The translations under genes were made by a program, and so were the position numbers. Positions 47,446 through 56,386 of a stretch of DNA of 63,296 bases are shown piece after piece (the first letter of the stretch is position 1; each line of letters opens with the position of its first letter). The notes under the pieces were generated by a model, which was not told the DNA's origin, ran no database searches, and saw only the letters and a program-made list of their open reading frames with translations. Source of the stretch: a virus (lineage: Duplodnaviria > Caudoviricetes); the IMG/VR virus record IMGVR_UViG_3300017978_000310, positions 1 through 63,296 of that record. One strand, given 5' to 3'.

Positions 47446-47453
47446 TATATTTG
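47446..47453 (+). promoter_or_regulatory. Bacteroidota -7 promoter box
   Basis: TATATTTG upstream of the structured leader. Confidence 0.6.
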
Positions 47454-47461
47454 CATATACA

Positions 47462-47550
47462 AATCCGAGTTGGTAATATTGCAGCTTACTAATTCGGATT
47501 ATCAAGGAAACTTGACCGCCCCCTTCGCTGCAATCGTTGGGGGTTTTTTT
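47462..47550 (+). ncRNA. Candidate structured leader RNA (three hairpins, loop-loop pairing, U tract)
   Basis: 15-bp stem, GAAA-capped stem, C5/G5 stem + T7; loop ATTGCAGC is complementary to GCTGCAAT. Confidence 0.55.
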
Positions 47551-47553
47551 ATT

Positions 47554-48051
47554 ATGGAAATCTGGAAACCAGTAAAAAATTACGAAGGCTTATACGAAAT
47601 AAGTAACTTAGGAAGAGTAAATAGTTTGTTTACTAGAAAAGGTAGAATTATAATACCTAAAACAGAAAAAGGTGGATACCAAAGGATTGGTCTTAGAAAA
47701 GATAATTCACAAAAATTATTTAATGTTCACAGATTGGTTGCTGAAACTTTTTTAGAAAAAGAAGAGTACCAAAATCAGGTAAACCATAAAAATAAAATAA
47801 GATCCGACAATAGGGTTGATAATTTAGAATGGGTATCATCTATTGAAAATCATTTTCATAAAAATTTAAATTCAAATACAACTAGTAAATACGTAGGTGT
47901 AGCATGGGATTCAAAAAAAAGAAAATGGGTTTCATATATAAATTTTAATAAAAAGAAAGTACATTTGGGTGTTTTTAATTCTGAATCTGAAGCATATAAT
48001 GCAAGATTAAATTTTCAATTAAATAATAATATAAAAAATAAATACGCATGA
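47554..48051 (+). CDS. NUMOD4-HNH-AP2 homing endonuclease
   Basis: MEIWKPVKNYEGLYEISNLGRV; HRLVA..VNHKN..DNRVDNLEWV; SKYVGV..KW..HLGVF. Confidence 0.9.
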   Translation: MEIWKPVKNYEGLYEISNLGRVNSLFTRKGRIIIPKTEKGGYQRIGLRKDNSQKLFNVHRLVAETFLEKEEYQNQVNHKNKIRSDNRVDNLEWVSSIENHFHKNLNSNTTSKYVGVAWDSKKRKWVSYINFNKKKVHLGVFNSESEAYNARLNFQLNNNIKNKYA

Positions 48052-48284
48052 GATATATGAATCCAATAAAGGAGGCAGAAGAGTTATTAGATAAATTTTC
48101 TATGCCAATCAATGGGCACAAAAATATATATTATAAGCAATGTGCAATAATTTCAATAGATAAGATATTAGACTTTATAGCCTCTAATGTAGTTCCATAC
48201 ACATACGACAAAGATTCAATGAAGGCTGTTATCGCTAACAAACAACATTATATAAAAGTTAAACAAGAAATAGAAAAATTATAA
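48048..48284 (+). CDS. Hypothetical protein, paralog of 35247-35507
   Basis: Shares MRYM.P and SNVVPYTYDKDSMK. Confidence 0.7.
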   Translation: MRYMNPIKEAEELLDKFSMPINGHKNIYYKQCAIISIDKILDFIASNVVPYTYDKDSMKAVIANKQHYIKVKQEIEKL

Positions 48285-48288
48285 TACA

Positions 48289-48546
48289 ATGCGAGTAATA
48301 GGAAATAATATTTTAATCGTGCCTCAAGAAGAGGAGACAAAATCAAAAGGGGGGCTATTGATGTCAGCATCTGACACAAAAGAACTTCGATACAAAAAAG
48401 CTACTGTGGTTGCCGTTGGCGATCAGGCCATAAGTGTCAAGCCAGGCAACTTTATCTATTTCGATAAGGCGGCAGGCCACAGCATCCGTGTAAATGAGGA
48501 TATGTACACGGTGATTCGCTTGCAGGATGTAGTAGTTGTGCTATAA
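48289..48546 (+). CDS. groES: Co-chaperonin GroES
   Basis: EETKSKGGLLM mobile loop, ATVVAVG, VKPG..IRLQDV. Confidence 0.88.
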   Translation: MRVIGNNILIVPQEEETKSKGGLLMSASDTKELRYKKATVVAVGDQAISVKPGNFIYFDKAAGHSIRVNEDMYTVIRLQDVVVVL

Positions 48547-49029
48547 TCCAAACTCAGTCTTGGACTTCTGATCCTTAAAGTCCTCATTGGCCCGCTTTGC
48601 TACTCTATTGAACTGACGTTCGGAGTACTTAGTGGGCCTTTTTATTTCTGTGATGGGCTTCTCTCCCAATAATCTTGCGTAAACATCACGCATAATGGCT
48701 CTGCCCTTAGCAGATAGTTCATACATTGGCACAGTACGCCAAGTTCCGGGTCTAAAAAGGTGGACAAGACCCATGTCGATCATATCTTTACGCTTTTTTG
48801 GAGCAAATCCAAGTATTTGGTTGTACTTCTCGATGGACTTGACGTTAAATATACCTTCCGAGTGCAGAAAGCAGAGCATTTGGAAGTAAGGGGCCGATAG
48901 TCCGTAGTGACGAAGGACATATTTTTGCACAAGCCCTATGTATTTTAGAAAGTCGTGCTGAATTTCCATGCGTGTTACGGCAGGGTATTTCTTTGGTCGG
49001 TACACTTTTGGTACCATATATGTTTTCAT
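48541..49029 (-). CDS. Winged-helix (MarR-like) protein
   Basis: YGLS..FQMLCFL..GLV..YELSAKGR; divergent promoter boxes upstream. Confidence 0.55.
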   Translation of the reverse strand: MKTYMVPKVYRPKKYPAVTRMEIQHDFLKYIGLVQKYVLRHYGLSAPYFQMLCFLHSEGIFNVKSIEKYNQILGFAPKKRKDMIDMGLVHLFRPGTWRTVPMYELSAKGRAIMRDVYARLLGEKPITEIKRPTKYSERQFNRVAKRANEDFKDQKSKTEFGL

Positions 49030-49045
49030 TTGATTTTATTTTTAA

Positions 49046-49062
49046 CAAATTTACTATCTTTG
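49046..49062. promoter_or_regulatory. Back-to-back divergent -7 boxes
   Basis: TAAATTTG on minus (49046-49053) and TATCTTTG on plus (49055-49062), between divergent genes. Confidence 0.7.
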
Positions 49063-49084
49063 TTCGATTATTAATAATACTAAC

Positions 49085-49432
49085 ATGGCAAAGAAACAAG
49101 GAGGTGCTCCTAAAATTAAAATTGGTGAACTAAAGAATGTGGTAAGTGGTTTGAAAGAACGCAATACTAAACTATCGGCAGATTACGATAAGACAAATGA
49201 AGGTTTAGCAATGGGAGCAGGTATTAACCAAATAGGAATTGGTCCTATGCAAATGATCCGTTCTCGTGAAATGGACCACAATGATAGCAAGATTAATCGT
49301 TACAGTCGTATTATCGACAGCACTACTATTGCTCACGATCGTGCTCGTTTGGCTGAGAAAGAAGCTTCATTCAAGCGTGACTATCCTTTATCAGAAACAT
49401 TTATCTCAAAACCTGCTAAAAAGAAACAATAA
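49085..49432 (+). CDS. Small basic protein
   Basis: MAKKQ..; RDYPLSETF motif. Confidence 0.65.
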   Translation: MAKKQGGAPKIKIGELKNVVSGLKERNTKLSADYDKTNEGLAMGAGINQIGIGPMQMIRSREMDHNDSKINRYSRIIDSTTIAHDRARLAEKEASFKRDYPLSETFISKPAKKKQ

Positions 49433-49433
49433 T

Positions 49434-49808
49434 ATGGCAAAGCAAAAAATGGTTGCACCTAAAATGGTTGCCAAGAAAGATAATACTAATGTTGCTCGTA
49501 AAAAAGTAAGTCAATTAGTTGGAGATAAACCAAACTATTCATATCTAGAAGCTACTACAGATGTAATATCAGGTAGAAAACGTAATGTAAATAAAAATGA
49601 CTCTACAATGTATGAATATGGATTTAGAGAGCAAATAAGCCGAGATAAAAAAGCAGGTAAATCGACAGAACCATATACAGCATTATATGATAGTATGAAT
49701 CAAGGAAGACAAGAGGCATCAGAAAGAAGAAAATATAATGATTTAGATAAAAAAGCTATGTTCCGCGACTCATCTATTCCATTAGCACCAACACAATTTC
49801 CAGACTAA
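49434..49808 (+). CDS. Small basic protein
   Basis: Start set at MAKQKM; ends RDSSIPLAPTQFPD. Confidence 0.65.
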   Translation: MAKQKMVAPKMVAKKDNTNVARKKVSQLVGDKPNYSYLEATTDVISGRKRNVNKNDSTMYEYGFREQISRDKKAGKSTEPYTALYDSMNQGRQEASERRKYNDLDKKAMFRDSSIPLAPTQFPD

Positions 49809-49912
49809 TGAAAAAGATTATTAAGAAGGCAGCTAAGTATGAGTCTGAGAAGTCTTTGAACGGGGCTATGAAGTTTTTAAAAGGAAATGTTAAAAAAATA
49901 ACTAAGAAATAA
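49808..49912 (+). CDS. 34-aa Lys-rich peptide
   Basis: TAATG-coupled on both sides. Confidence 0.6.
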   Translation: MKKIIKKAAKYESEKSLNGAMKFLKGNVKKITKK

Positions 49913-50085
49913 TGGCAAAGCAAAAAGTAAATTTTAATAGAGATTACCCATTGTCTCCAACATTTAAAAGTGAGATGTCTGCTCCAACTAAAAAACAAAC
50001 AACTAAATTACCTAAAGGTATTATAAGTGGTATTGTAAGTGAAGGAATAAGTGAAGCTGTAAGTAATTTTAAACAAAAAAAATAA
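49912..50085 (+). CDS. 57-aa basic peptide
   Basis: MAKQKVNFNRDYPLSPTF..; TAATG-coupled. Confidence 0.6.
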   Translation: MAKQKVNFNRDYPLSPTFKSEMSAPTKKQTTKLPKGIISGIVSEGISEAVSNFKQKK

Positions 50086-50225
50086 TGGCAAAGCAAGAAA
50101 ACACACCAATGACACGTAAAATGCCTCCTCAAATGATGGGCATTAGCAAGATTGTCGCAGCATCTAAGATGATCGATTTAGTTAAACAAGTAGCCACTAA
50201 AAAGATGGCTAAAAAAATGTGCTAA
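50085..50225 (+). CDS. 46-aa Met/Lys-rich peptide
   Basis: MAKQENTPM..; TAATG-coupled. Confidence 0.6.
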   Translation: MAKQENTPMTRKMPPQMMGISKIVAASKMIDLVKQVATKKMAKKMC

Positions 50226-50226
50226 C

Positions 50227-50415
50227 ATGGAAGGCTTAGGAGATTTGGTTGCTAAGGTAACTGAGGCTACTGGCATTAAGACAGTTGTTGAGGCAGTCGC
50301 AGGTAAAGACTGTGGCTGTGCACAACGTCAGCAGAAATTAAATGAAATGTTTCCATTCGGTTCTCCGAAGGATCAATACAACATTGATAAAATTAATGAA
50401 AGGGAAAACAGCTAA
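50227..50415 (+). CDS. Small CGC-motif protein
   Basis: GLGDLVAKVTEATGIK..DCGCAQRQQKLN..FP. Confidence 0.65.
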   Translation: MEGLGDLVAKVTEATGIKTVVEAVAGKDCGCAQRQQKLNEMFPFGSPKDQYNIDKINERENS

Positions 50416-50677
50416 ATATTATGCGTCAAATCCGGAGGCTCGCAAAAAACGCTTAGAATATCAAGCTGAGTACAACAAGCGACCTGAGCAGTTAAAGAGA
50501 CGTGCCGAGTTGAATAAAATCAACAGAGATCGTGGACAATATGCTGACAAGGATGGCAAGGATATGAGCCACAAAAAGAACGGCAGAGTTGTTGAAGAAT
50601 CTGCTAGTAAAAACAGAGGCTCAAAAAGTAATTCTCCTGGAGACGTACGTGCTCGTGGAACTAAAAAGAAAAAGTAA
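50396..50677 (+). CDS. Basic protein with minimal HNH-like motif
   Basis: DGKDMSH..ESASKNRG; start set at MKGKT. Confidence 0.55.
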   Translation: MKGKTAKYYASNPEARKKRLEYQAEYNKRPEQLKRRAELNKINRDRGQYADKDGKDMSHKKNGRVVEESASKNRGSKSNSPGDVRARGTKKKK

Positions 50678-50982
50678 TGGCTGATATTAAAAATATGTTG
50701 GACCGATATGGTTTGGCTGGTGTTAACAAGCCTAAACGCCAAACGTCAGGTGGTAAGTCACACGTTGTGCTTGCAAAAGAAGGAGACAATGTTAAGTTGA
50801 TCCGTTTTGGCCAAGCAGGTGTAAAGACTAATCAAACTGTTGGTCAGCGTGAGGCATTTAAATCTCGTCACGCAAAGAATATTTCAAAAGGTAAGATGTC
50901 AGCAGCTTACTGGGCCGATAAAGTTAAGTGGTCTCCAAGCAAAACAGCATCTCCATCTAAAAAATGGGTAAAAGGATCATAA
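50677..50982 (+). CDS. Basic hypothetical phage protein
   Basis: KLIRFGQAG..FKSRH..SAAYWADKVKW. Confidence 0.65.
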   Translation: MADIKNMLDRYGLAGVNKPKRQTSGGKSHVVLAKEGDNVKLIRFGQAGVKTNQTVGQREAFKSRHAKNISKGKMSAAYWADKVKWSPSKTASPSKKWVKGS

Positions 50983-50983
50983 T

Positions 50984-51121
50984 ATGGCAAAGCTAAATAA
51001 ATTAGGCGTAGAAAACTCTTTGTGGAATAACATTAGAGCAAGCAAAGGATCAGGCAAAAAGCCTACCAAGGAAATGATTAAGCAAGAAAAAAAGATTAAA
51101 AAGCAAGAGAAAAAAAAGTAA
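50984..51121 (+). CDS. 45-aa Lys-rich peptide
   Basis: MAKLNKLGVENSLWNNIRA.. Confidence 0.6.
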   Translation: MAKLNKLGVENSLWNNIRASKGSGKKPTKEMIKQEKKIKKQEKKK

Positions 51122-51150
51122 TATCTTTGTAAGTATATAAACAACAAACA

Positions 51151-51291
51151 ATGCAAAAGCAAGCTAAAAAAGGTGGTAAGTCATTTCCTGATATGAACAA
51201 GGATGGAAAGGTTACAAAGAAAGATGTTATGATGGCTAAAGGTGTTATGCCAGCTAAGCCAGGCATGAAAAAAATGGCAAAAAAGAAATAG
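51151..51291 (+). CDS. 46-aa basic peptide with EF-hand-like loop
   Basis: FPDMNKDGKVTKKD; TATCTTTG box at 51122-51129. Confidence 0.6.
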   Translation: MQKQAKKGGKSFPDMNKDGKVTKKDVMMAKGVMPAKPGMKKMAKKK

Positions 51292-51293
51292 TC

Positions 51294-51425
51294 ATGAAAA
51301 AAGTAACTAAAAAAACAGCGTTTGATATCAAAGAGGCAAGCAACCAAAAGTTGAAGCCAGGAGCACGTAAGCACTATGCTGAGAATGCACAAGCTGCGAT
51401 GAAGAACCAAAAGAAAAAGAAATAA
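51294..51425 (+). CDS. 43-aa basic peptide
   Basis: MKKVTKKTAFDIKEAS..ARKHYAEN. Confidence 0.55.
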   Translation: MKKVTKKTAFDIKEASNQKLKPGARKHYAENAQAAMKNQKKKK

Positions 51426-51426
51426 T

Positions 51427-51690
51427 ATGGGAGTTTTAAATTACACACAAGCAGGTCGTGCTGCTGCGGTAACCCCTTCTAACACGGTTAATATTCCTAG
51501 CGTATCAGGAGGAGATAACACCCAAGGGTGTACTCTTTACTCGGGATCGGGAGGAATCATTAAGGTGATGACAATTGGCGGTGACATTGTTACGTTTAAC
51601 GCTGTTCCTGCTGGCACAATTTTGCAGGTAAAAGTTTTGCGTGTTTACGCAGAGGTAACTACTGCAACTGGCATTGTAGCACTTTGGTAA
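51427..51690 (+). CDS. Capsid spike-base-like protein (RcGTA Rcc01079-like)
   Basis: AAAVTPSNT..LYSGSGG.IKV..VTF..VPAGTIL.V.V.RV..IVALW. Confidence 0.6.
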   Translation: MGVLNYTQAGRAAAVTPSNTVNIPSVSGGDNTQGCTLYSGSGGIIKVMTIGGDIVTFNAVPAGTILQVKVLRVYAEVTTATGIVALW

Positions 51691-51691
51691 A

Positions 51692-51862
51692 ATGACAGAA
51701 GAGGACTTGAAGATAGCATTTATTAATTCATTGACATTTATTTTGTCGTTCTCTACCCTTGAATCGTGGTTTAAGGTTATTCTACTTGTTGTGACCATTG
51801 GTTATACAATTACCAAGTGGGTAATGTTATTAAATGGCAAAAAGAAAAAATCAGATGATTAG
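51692..51862 (+). CDS. Holin-like membrane protein (56 aa, not in ORF track)
   Basis: Two hydrophobic segments, basic tail, upstream of the endolysin. Confidence 0.55.
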   Translation: MTEEDLKIAFINSLTFILSFSTLESWFKVILLVVTIGYTITKWVMLLNGKKKKSDD

Positions 51863-52043
51863 CGATTTTTTTAAGTTTAACGGACAGTATTCACACACGA
51901 GACTCATTTCACTAATTGGGTCTCTTGTTGTTTTTGGGACTTTTATATATAATCCTACCAATACAGGTTTGCAGAATTTAATGGCGATTATTATATCAGG
52001 ATCATTAATCAATGCAACGGCATCTAAATTTAGTAGAAAATGA
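51855..52043 (+). CDS. Holin-like membrane protein
   Basis: Two predicted TM segments; ATGA-coupled to the endolysin. Confidence 0.55.
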   Translation: MISDFFKFNGQYSHTRLISLIGSLVVFGTFIYNPTNTGLQNLMAIIISGSLINATASKFSRK

Positions 52044-52486
52044 AATTATCAGAACATCTAGACTTAGTCGAAGTTACTCGTTCTGCATATGCTAAAAGAA
52101 ATGGCATTAATAATATGCCTAATGCAGAACATACTGAGAACCTAATCGAATTAGCTCAAAAGATATTCGAGCCAATTAGAAGACATTTTAATAAACCCAT
52201 ACACGTATCAAGCGGATATAGGTCAAAAATTTTAAATGAAAAAATTGGAGGTTCTAAAAATTCTCAGCACACAAAAGGTCAAGCAATTGATATTGACCAA
52301 GGAAATAGAAAGGATAATATAGAGATATTTGAGTTTATAAAAAATAACTTGCCTTTTGATCAGTTAATAAACGAATTTGGTTATGATTGGATTCATGTAT
52401 CTTATAATACTGATGGCAGACAGCGTGGTGAAGTTCTTGATGCGATCAAAGAAGGCGGTAAAACGAAATATATAGCACACAAATGA
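52040..52486 (+). CDS. Endolysin, peptidase M15 family
   Basis: SGYRS..N..GGSKNSQH..GQAIDI..WIHVSY. Confidence 0.88.
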   Translation: MKLSEHLDLVEVTRSAYAKRNGINNMPNAEHTENLIELAQKIFEPIRRHFNKPIHVSSGYRSKILNEKIGGSKNSQHTKGQAIDIDQGNRKDNIEIFEFIKNNLPFDQLINEFGYDWIHVSYNTDGRQRGEVLDAIKEGGKTKYIAHK

Positions 52487-52932
52487 AACATTTAATATTT
52501 TTACTATTAATTTTTGCAGTATCTTGTAAGCCGTTACAAACTGTAACGGTTTATAGAGACGTTATTAAAACAGACACGCTTCGTGACATTAAGACGATCA
52601 CAAAATTTCAAGCTGTTCACGACACGTTAACCATAGAGAATCCATGCGATTCTTCTGGCATTTTAACGAACTTTTATACTAAGATTAAGGTACCACAAGG
52701 GAAGATAATAATTCGTTCGGTACAGGGCAAAATACAGGCCACAGTAGACATTGATTCTATTGAATCTGTGTACCGAGATAAATATAAATCTCAATCGACA
52801 AATAGTACGTACAAAAGCGAGAAAGTTATACGTACAAATGAAATTCCTAAATGGGCTATTTGGTTTATGGCTATTAGTGGTGTTTTGTCATTTTTATATA
52901 TTAGAGATAAAGTTAGTATTTTTGTAAAATAA
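52483..52932 (+). CDS. Unimolecular spanin-like lipoprotein
   Basis: Signal peptide with lipobox AVSC, beta-rich middle, C-terminal TM; follows the endolysin. Confidence 0.65.
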   Translation: MKHLIFLLLIFAVSCKPLQTVTVYRDVIKTDTLRDIKTITKFQAVHDTLTIENPCDSSGILTNFYTKIKVPQGKIIIRSVQGKIQATVDIDSIESVYRDKYKSQSTNSTYKSEKVIRTNEIPKWAIWFMAISGVLSFLYIRDKVSIFVK

Positions 52933-52950
52933 CTAGCAAACAAAAAGCCA

Positions 52951-55900
52951 ATGGCAAGAATTAGTACATATCCCAATGATACAAATGTTATAGGGGCAGA
53001 TAAGTGGATTGGATCAGATGCAAATAATAGCAACGAAACAAAGAACTTTACAGCTGATGCTGTAGCTGCTTACTTTAATAGAGCAAGCGTTATTGATACA
53101 GGACAGTTCTCTTGGGACTTTGTTGTTTACTCTGATACTGTTATTCAAACAGACAAGACATTTTCTTTAGTTGGCTACACAAATACAAACATTAATATTA
53201 ATCAGTTAGAGGGTATTTTAAAAGTATCCTTCTTAACTCTCGCTAATACAACTCCAGGGGTATTTATTCAAGATCAATGGCTAAATAAAATTATCTTAGC
53301 CCATATCCCTAATTCACCAAGCAGTTATGCTTTGTATCGTATTGACGATATTGAGCTGGTTGGAGATTTTTATTATTTGACTACGCATCTTGTGGATGCT
53401 TCAACAGGTAATATTCTTGTTAACACCCCTGTTGCTTTTGGTATTTTTGAGGGTGTATCAGGAACTAATGGTACATCAGGAAGTTCAGGCACATCAGGAT
53501 CAAGTGGTATCAACGGAACCATGGGTACCTCAGGTACAAGTGGTACGACAGGAACTTCTGGTTCTAGTGGAACTACGGGAACCTCAGGGACTTCAGGTAC
53601 GACAGGTACTTCAGGTACGACAGGTACAAGTGGTATATCGGGTGATAGATATCGTGGCACATCAACAACTTCATTTACATTAGGAAATGCAGGCACAATT
53701 ACAACTCAATTAGGGTTGTCATTTACTACTGCACAATCTATCATTATTGTTTATGATTCTAGTAATTACCAAGAGTGCGAGATTATATCCTATGATGCAG
53801 GTAATGGACTATTAACTTTTGCTGCACCTAATAGAACAGTTGGAGCAGGAACATATAATTCTTGGACTATCAACTTAGATGGTGCAAGTGGTGGAGATGG
53901 ATCGTCAGGTACATCGGGTACAAGTGGAGTGAACGGAACAAGTGGAGTGAACGGAACAAGTGGTACTAATGGTACTTCAGGAACAACAGGTACTTCAGGG
54001 TCTTCGGGTACTACAGGTACATCCGGATCTAGTGGAGTAAATGGTACATCAGGAACGACAGGAACTTCTGGTATTAATGGCACAAGTGGGTCGAGTGGAT
54101 TTAATGGGTCAAGTGGCACATCAGGTTCTAGTGGACTTACAGGTACATCAGGTGTCTCCGGATCTTCAGGAACCTCAGGTGCAAATGGTATAGCAGCTGG
54201 TAGAACTTTTTATTTCAACCAATCTCAAAACTCAGATGTATCACCATATAAGGTGTTAAGTGAGGAGCCATCGGGTGCTGTAGAGCAAGTGGTTACAAAA
54301 ACATTAACAGGTAGCCAACAAGGTGTTTTAGTTCAAGAGTTTTTAACTCCTCAATTAGGTTTCCCTATTATTCCATCGGGAGTTCAAAGATTTCATTTGC
54401 ACTTTTTAAAACCTGCATCTAATGATAACATTGATGCATATGTGAGTATTGAGTTAGCAAACTCAGCGGGTATATCATATGGTACTGTAATCGAATCAAA
54501 TAAATCATTAATTGGTTGGGTTAGTTCAACTTCATCTGTTGAAGTTTTTGTAGATATAACTTTGCCTACAACAGGTATAAATAGTACAGATAGAATGATT
54601 GTTAAGATTTATCTTGACAACAATACATCTTCTTCTAAAATTGTAAATTGGTATACAGAAGGCAATTCTGCTTATTCTTATGTAATAACATCTGTTGGTA
54701 CAAGTGCTGGTACATCAGGAGTAAATGGTACAAGTGGAACTAGTGGCACTACGGGTACATCGGGGACTGCTGGATCTTCTGGTTTAACAGGAACATCAGG
54801 TGTTAATGGAACGAGTGGTACAGATGGATCATCAGGAACAAGCGGTTCTACAGGATCATCGGGTGCATCTGGAACTTCAGGAACAAGTGGAGTTGATGGT
54901 ACAACAGGCTTGTCAGGAACATCAGGTACAAGTGGAGTTGATGGTACAACAGGTACTAATGGTACATCTGGAACTAGTGGCCTAGCAGGAACATCAATTC
55001 GTGTAGAACAGAATTTTGTAGCGACAGCAGGCCAAACTACATTTACCATTACAGGTGGATATACTATTGGACTTATTGATGTATACATTAATGGTGCTAG
55101 AATTTTACCTACTGACTATACAGCAACCAATGGAACAACAGTTGTATTATCAACAGGTGCTGCATTAAATGATACTGTAACGGTATTAAATTATACAGGT
55201 ACAATAGCTGGTGGTGTATTAGGAACAGGTACAACAAACTATGTGCCTAAGTTTACTTCATCTTCAACTATTGCAAATTCGTTAATTTTCGATAATGGCA
55301 CTAATGTTGGAATTGGAACTACTTCTCCTGCACAAAAATTAGATGTAAATGGTGCAATTAGAACATCAGGTAATTTCTTTGCAGTAAATAATACTCCACT
55401 TAGTACAAACGGAACAATTACATATCATGATACGGTTGGTTTAGTTTTAAAAGGTGCGACAGGTTTTGCATTTGATTTTTCAGTTTACAATCCTGCTGGC
55501 AATATTTTAATTTCAAATCCTACTGGTACTAATAATATTGCATTTAGTTCGGGTAATGTTGCAATATCCAATGGTAGTTTTAGTATTAATGGTGGAACTC
55601 AACCAACTGGTAACGGATTGCATTCTTATTTTGCATCAAATGTTTCAAACATTGAATCTTTGCAAGCTGGAGTAGCTTGGAGAGATTTATCAATAGCTGG
55701 TAATGATGTATATTTTAAAAGTGGTGGTATTGAAAGAATGCGAATTAATTCAGCAGGAAACGTTGGAATTAATTTAGCTAATCCATCACAAAAATTGATG
55801 GTAAATCAAGGTGCAACAGGTTTTAATCAAGGTATCCCTGCAACAAGTGGTTCAACACAAAATGGAATATTTAGATTAGTTCCTGCAAATGGAATTTATG

Positions 55901-56385
55901 GTGAAGTTTTAGACTTTGGAATGAATATTGCAACTACCTACGCATGGATTCAAGCAACAAATGCAGGCAATTTAGGAGTAAACTATGACCTTTCATTAAA
56001 TCCTAATGGAGGAAGTGTTGCAATAGCAAGGGCTGTACCAAATTACACACTTCATGTTAACGGGTCAGTAGCAGGGACTTCTGCTTATATCAATTTATCA
56101 GATAGTCGATTTAAGAAAAATATAAAACCATTATCTAATTCACTTTCAAAAGTTCTTCAATTAAGTGGTATTTCTTTTGATTGGAATAAAGAATTTGATG
56201 AATCAATTAATCTTGATGAATTAAATCATATTGGTTTACTTGCACAAGAAGTTGAGAAAATTATTCCTCAATCTATATTTACTGCAAATGATAAAAATAA
56301 AACTAAATCTGTTGCTTATACTGATTTAGTACCTGTGTTAATTGAAGCCATTAAAGAACTAAATGCAAAAATAGAAGCAAAATAA
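52951..56385 (+). CDS. Fibre protein with three Gly-Thr/Ser collagen-like blocks and a C-terminal S74 intramolecular chaperone
   Basis: (G-X-Y)n at ~53452-53643, 53881-54189 and 54697-54996; NVGIG repeats; SDSRFKKNI..GLLAQEV..LIEAIKEL. Confidence 0.85.
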   Translation: MARISTYPNDTNVIGADKWIGSDANNSNETKNFTADAVAAYFNRASVIDTGQFSWDFVVYSDTVIQTDKTFSLVGYTNTNININQLEGILKVSFLTLANTTPGVFIQDQWLNKIILAHIPNSPSSYALYRIDDIELVGDFYYLTTHLVDASTGNILVNTPVAFGIFEGVSGTNGTSGSSGTSGSSGINGTMGTSGTSGTTGTSGSSGTTGTSGTSGTTGTSGTTGTSGISGDRYRGTSTTSFTLGNAGTITTQLGLSFTTAQSIIIVYDSSNYQECEIISYDAGNGLLTFAAPNRTVGAGTYNSWTINLDGASGGDGSSGTSGTSGVNGTSGVNGTSGTNGTSGTTGTSGSSGTTGTSGSSGVNGTSGTTGTSGINGTSGSSGFNGSSGTSGSSGLTGTSGVSGSSGTSGANGIAAGRTFYFNQSQNSDVSPYKVLSEEPSGAVEQVVTKTLTGSQQGVLVQEFLTPQLGFPIIPSGVQRFHLHFLKPASNDNIDAYVSIELANSAGISYGTVIESNKSLIGWVSSTSSVEVFVDITLPTTGINSTDRMIVKIYLDNNTSSSKIVNWYTEGNSAYSYVITSVGTSAGTSGVNGTSGTSGTTGTSGTAGSSGLTGTSGVNGTSGTDGSSGTSGSTGSSGASGTSGTSGVDGTTGLSGTSGTSGVDGTTGTNGTSGTSGLAGTSIRVEQNFVATAGQTTFTITGGYTIGLIDVYINGARILPTDYTATNGTTVVLSTGAALNDTVTVLNYTGTIAGGVLGTGTTNYVPKFTSSSTIANSLIFDNGTNVGIGTTSPAQKLDVNGAIRTSGNFFAVNNTPLSTNGTITYHDTVGLVLKGATGFAFDFSVYNPAGNILISNPTGTNNIAFSSGNVAISNGSFSINGGTQPTGNGLHSYFASNVSNIESLQAGVAWRDLSIAGNDVYFKSGGIERMRINSAGNVGINLANPSQKLMVNQGATGFNQGIPATSGSTQNGIFRLVPANGIYGEVLDFGMNIATTYAWIQATNAGNLGVNYDLSLNPNGGSVAIARAVPNYTLHVNGSVAGTSAYINLSDSRFKKNIKPLSNSLSKVLQLSGISFDWNKEFDESINLDELNHIGLLAQEVEKIIPQSIFTANDKNKTKSVAYTDLVPVLIEAIKELNAKIEAK

Positions 56386-56386
56386 T

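Noticed and set aside
47462-47550. Hammerhead ribozyme or tRNA
   Set aside because: No CUGANGA core and no cloverleaf or T-loop; no tRNA recognised elsewhere either
47430-48288. Group I intron carrying the HNH
   Set aside because: groEL and groES are each intact; the nuclease is free-standing, and no intron core was recognised
53373-55088. Antisense VP-rich ORFs over the fibre gene
   Set aside because: Stop-free shadows of the GTS repeats; the same applies to the V/G-rich ORFs at 11620-13032
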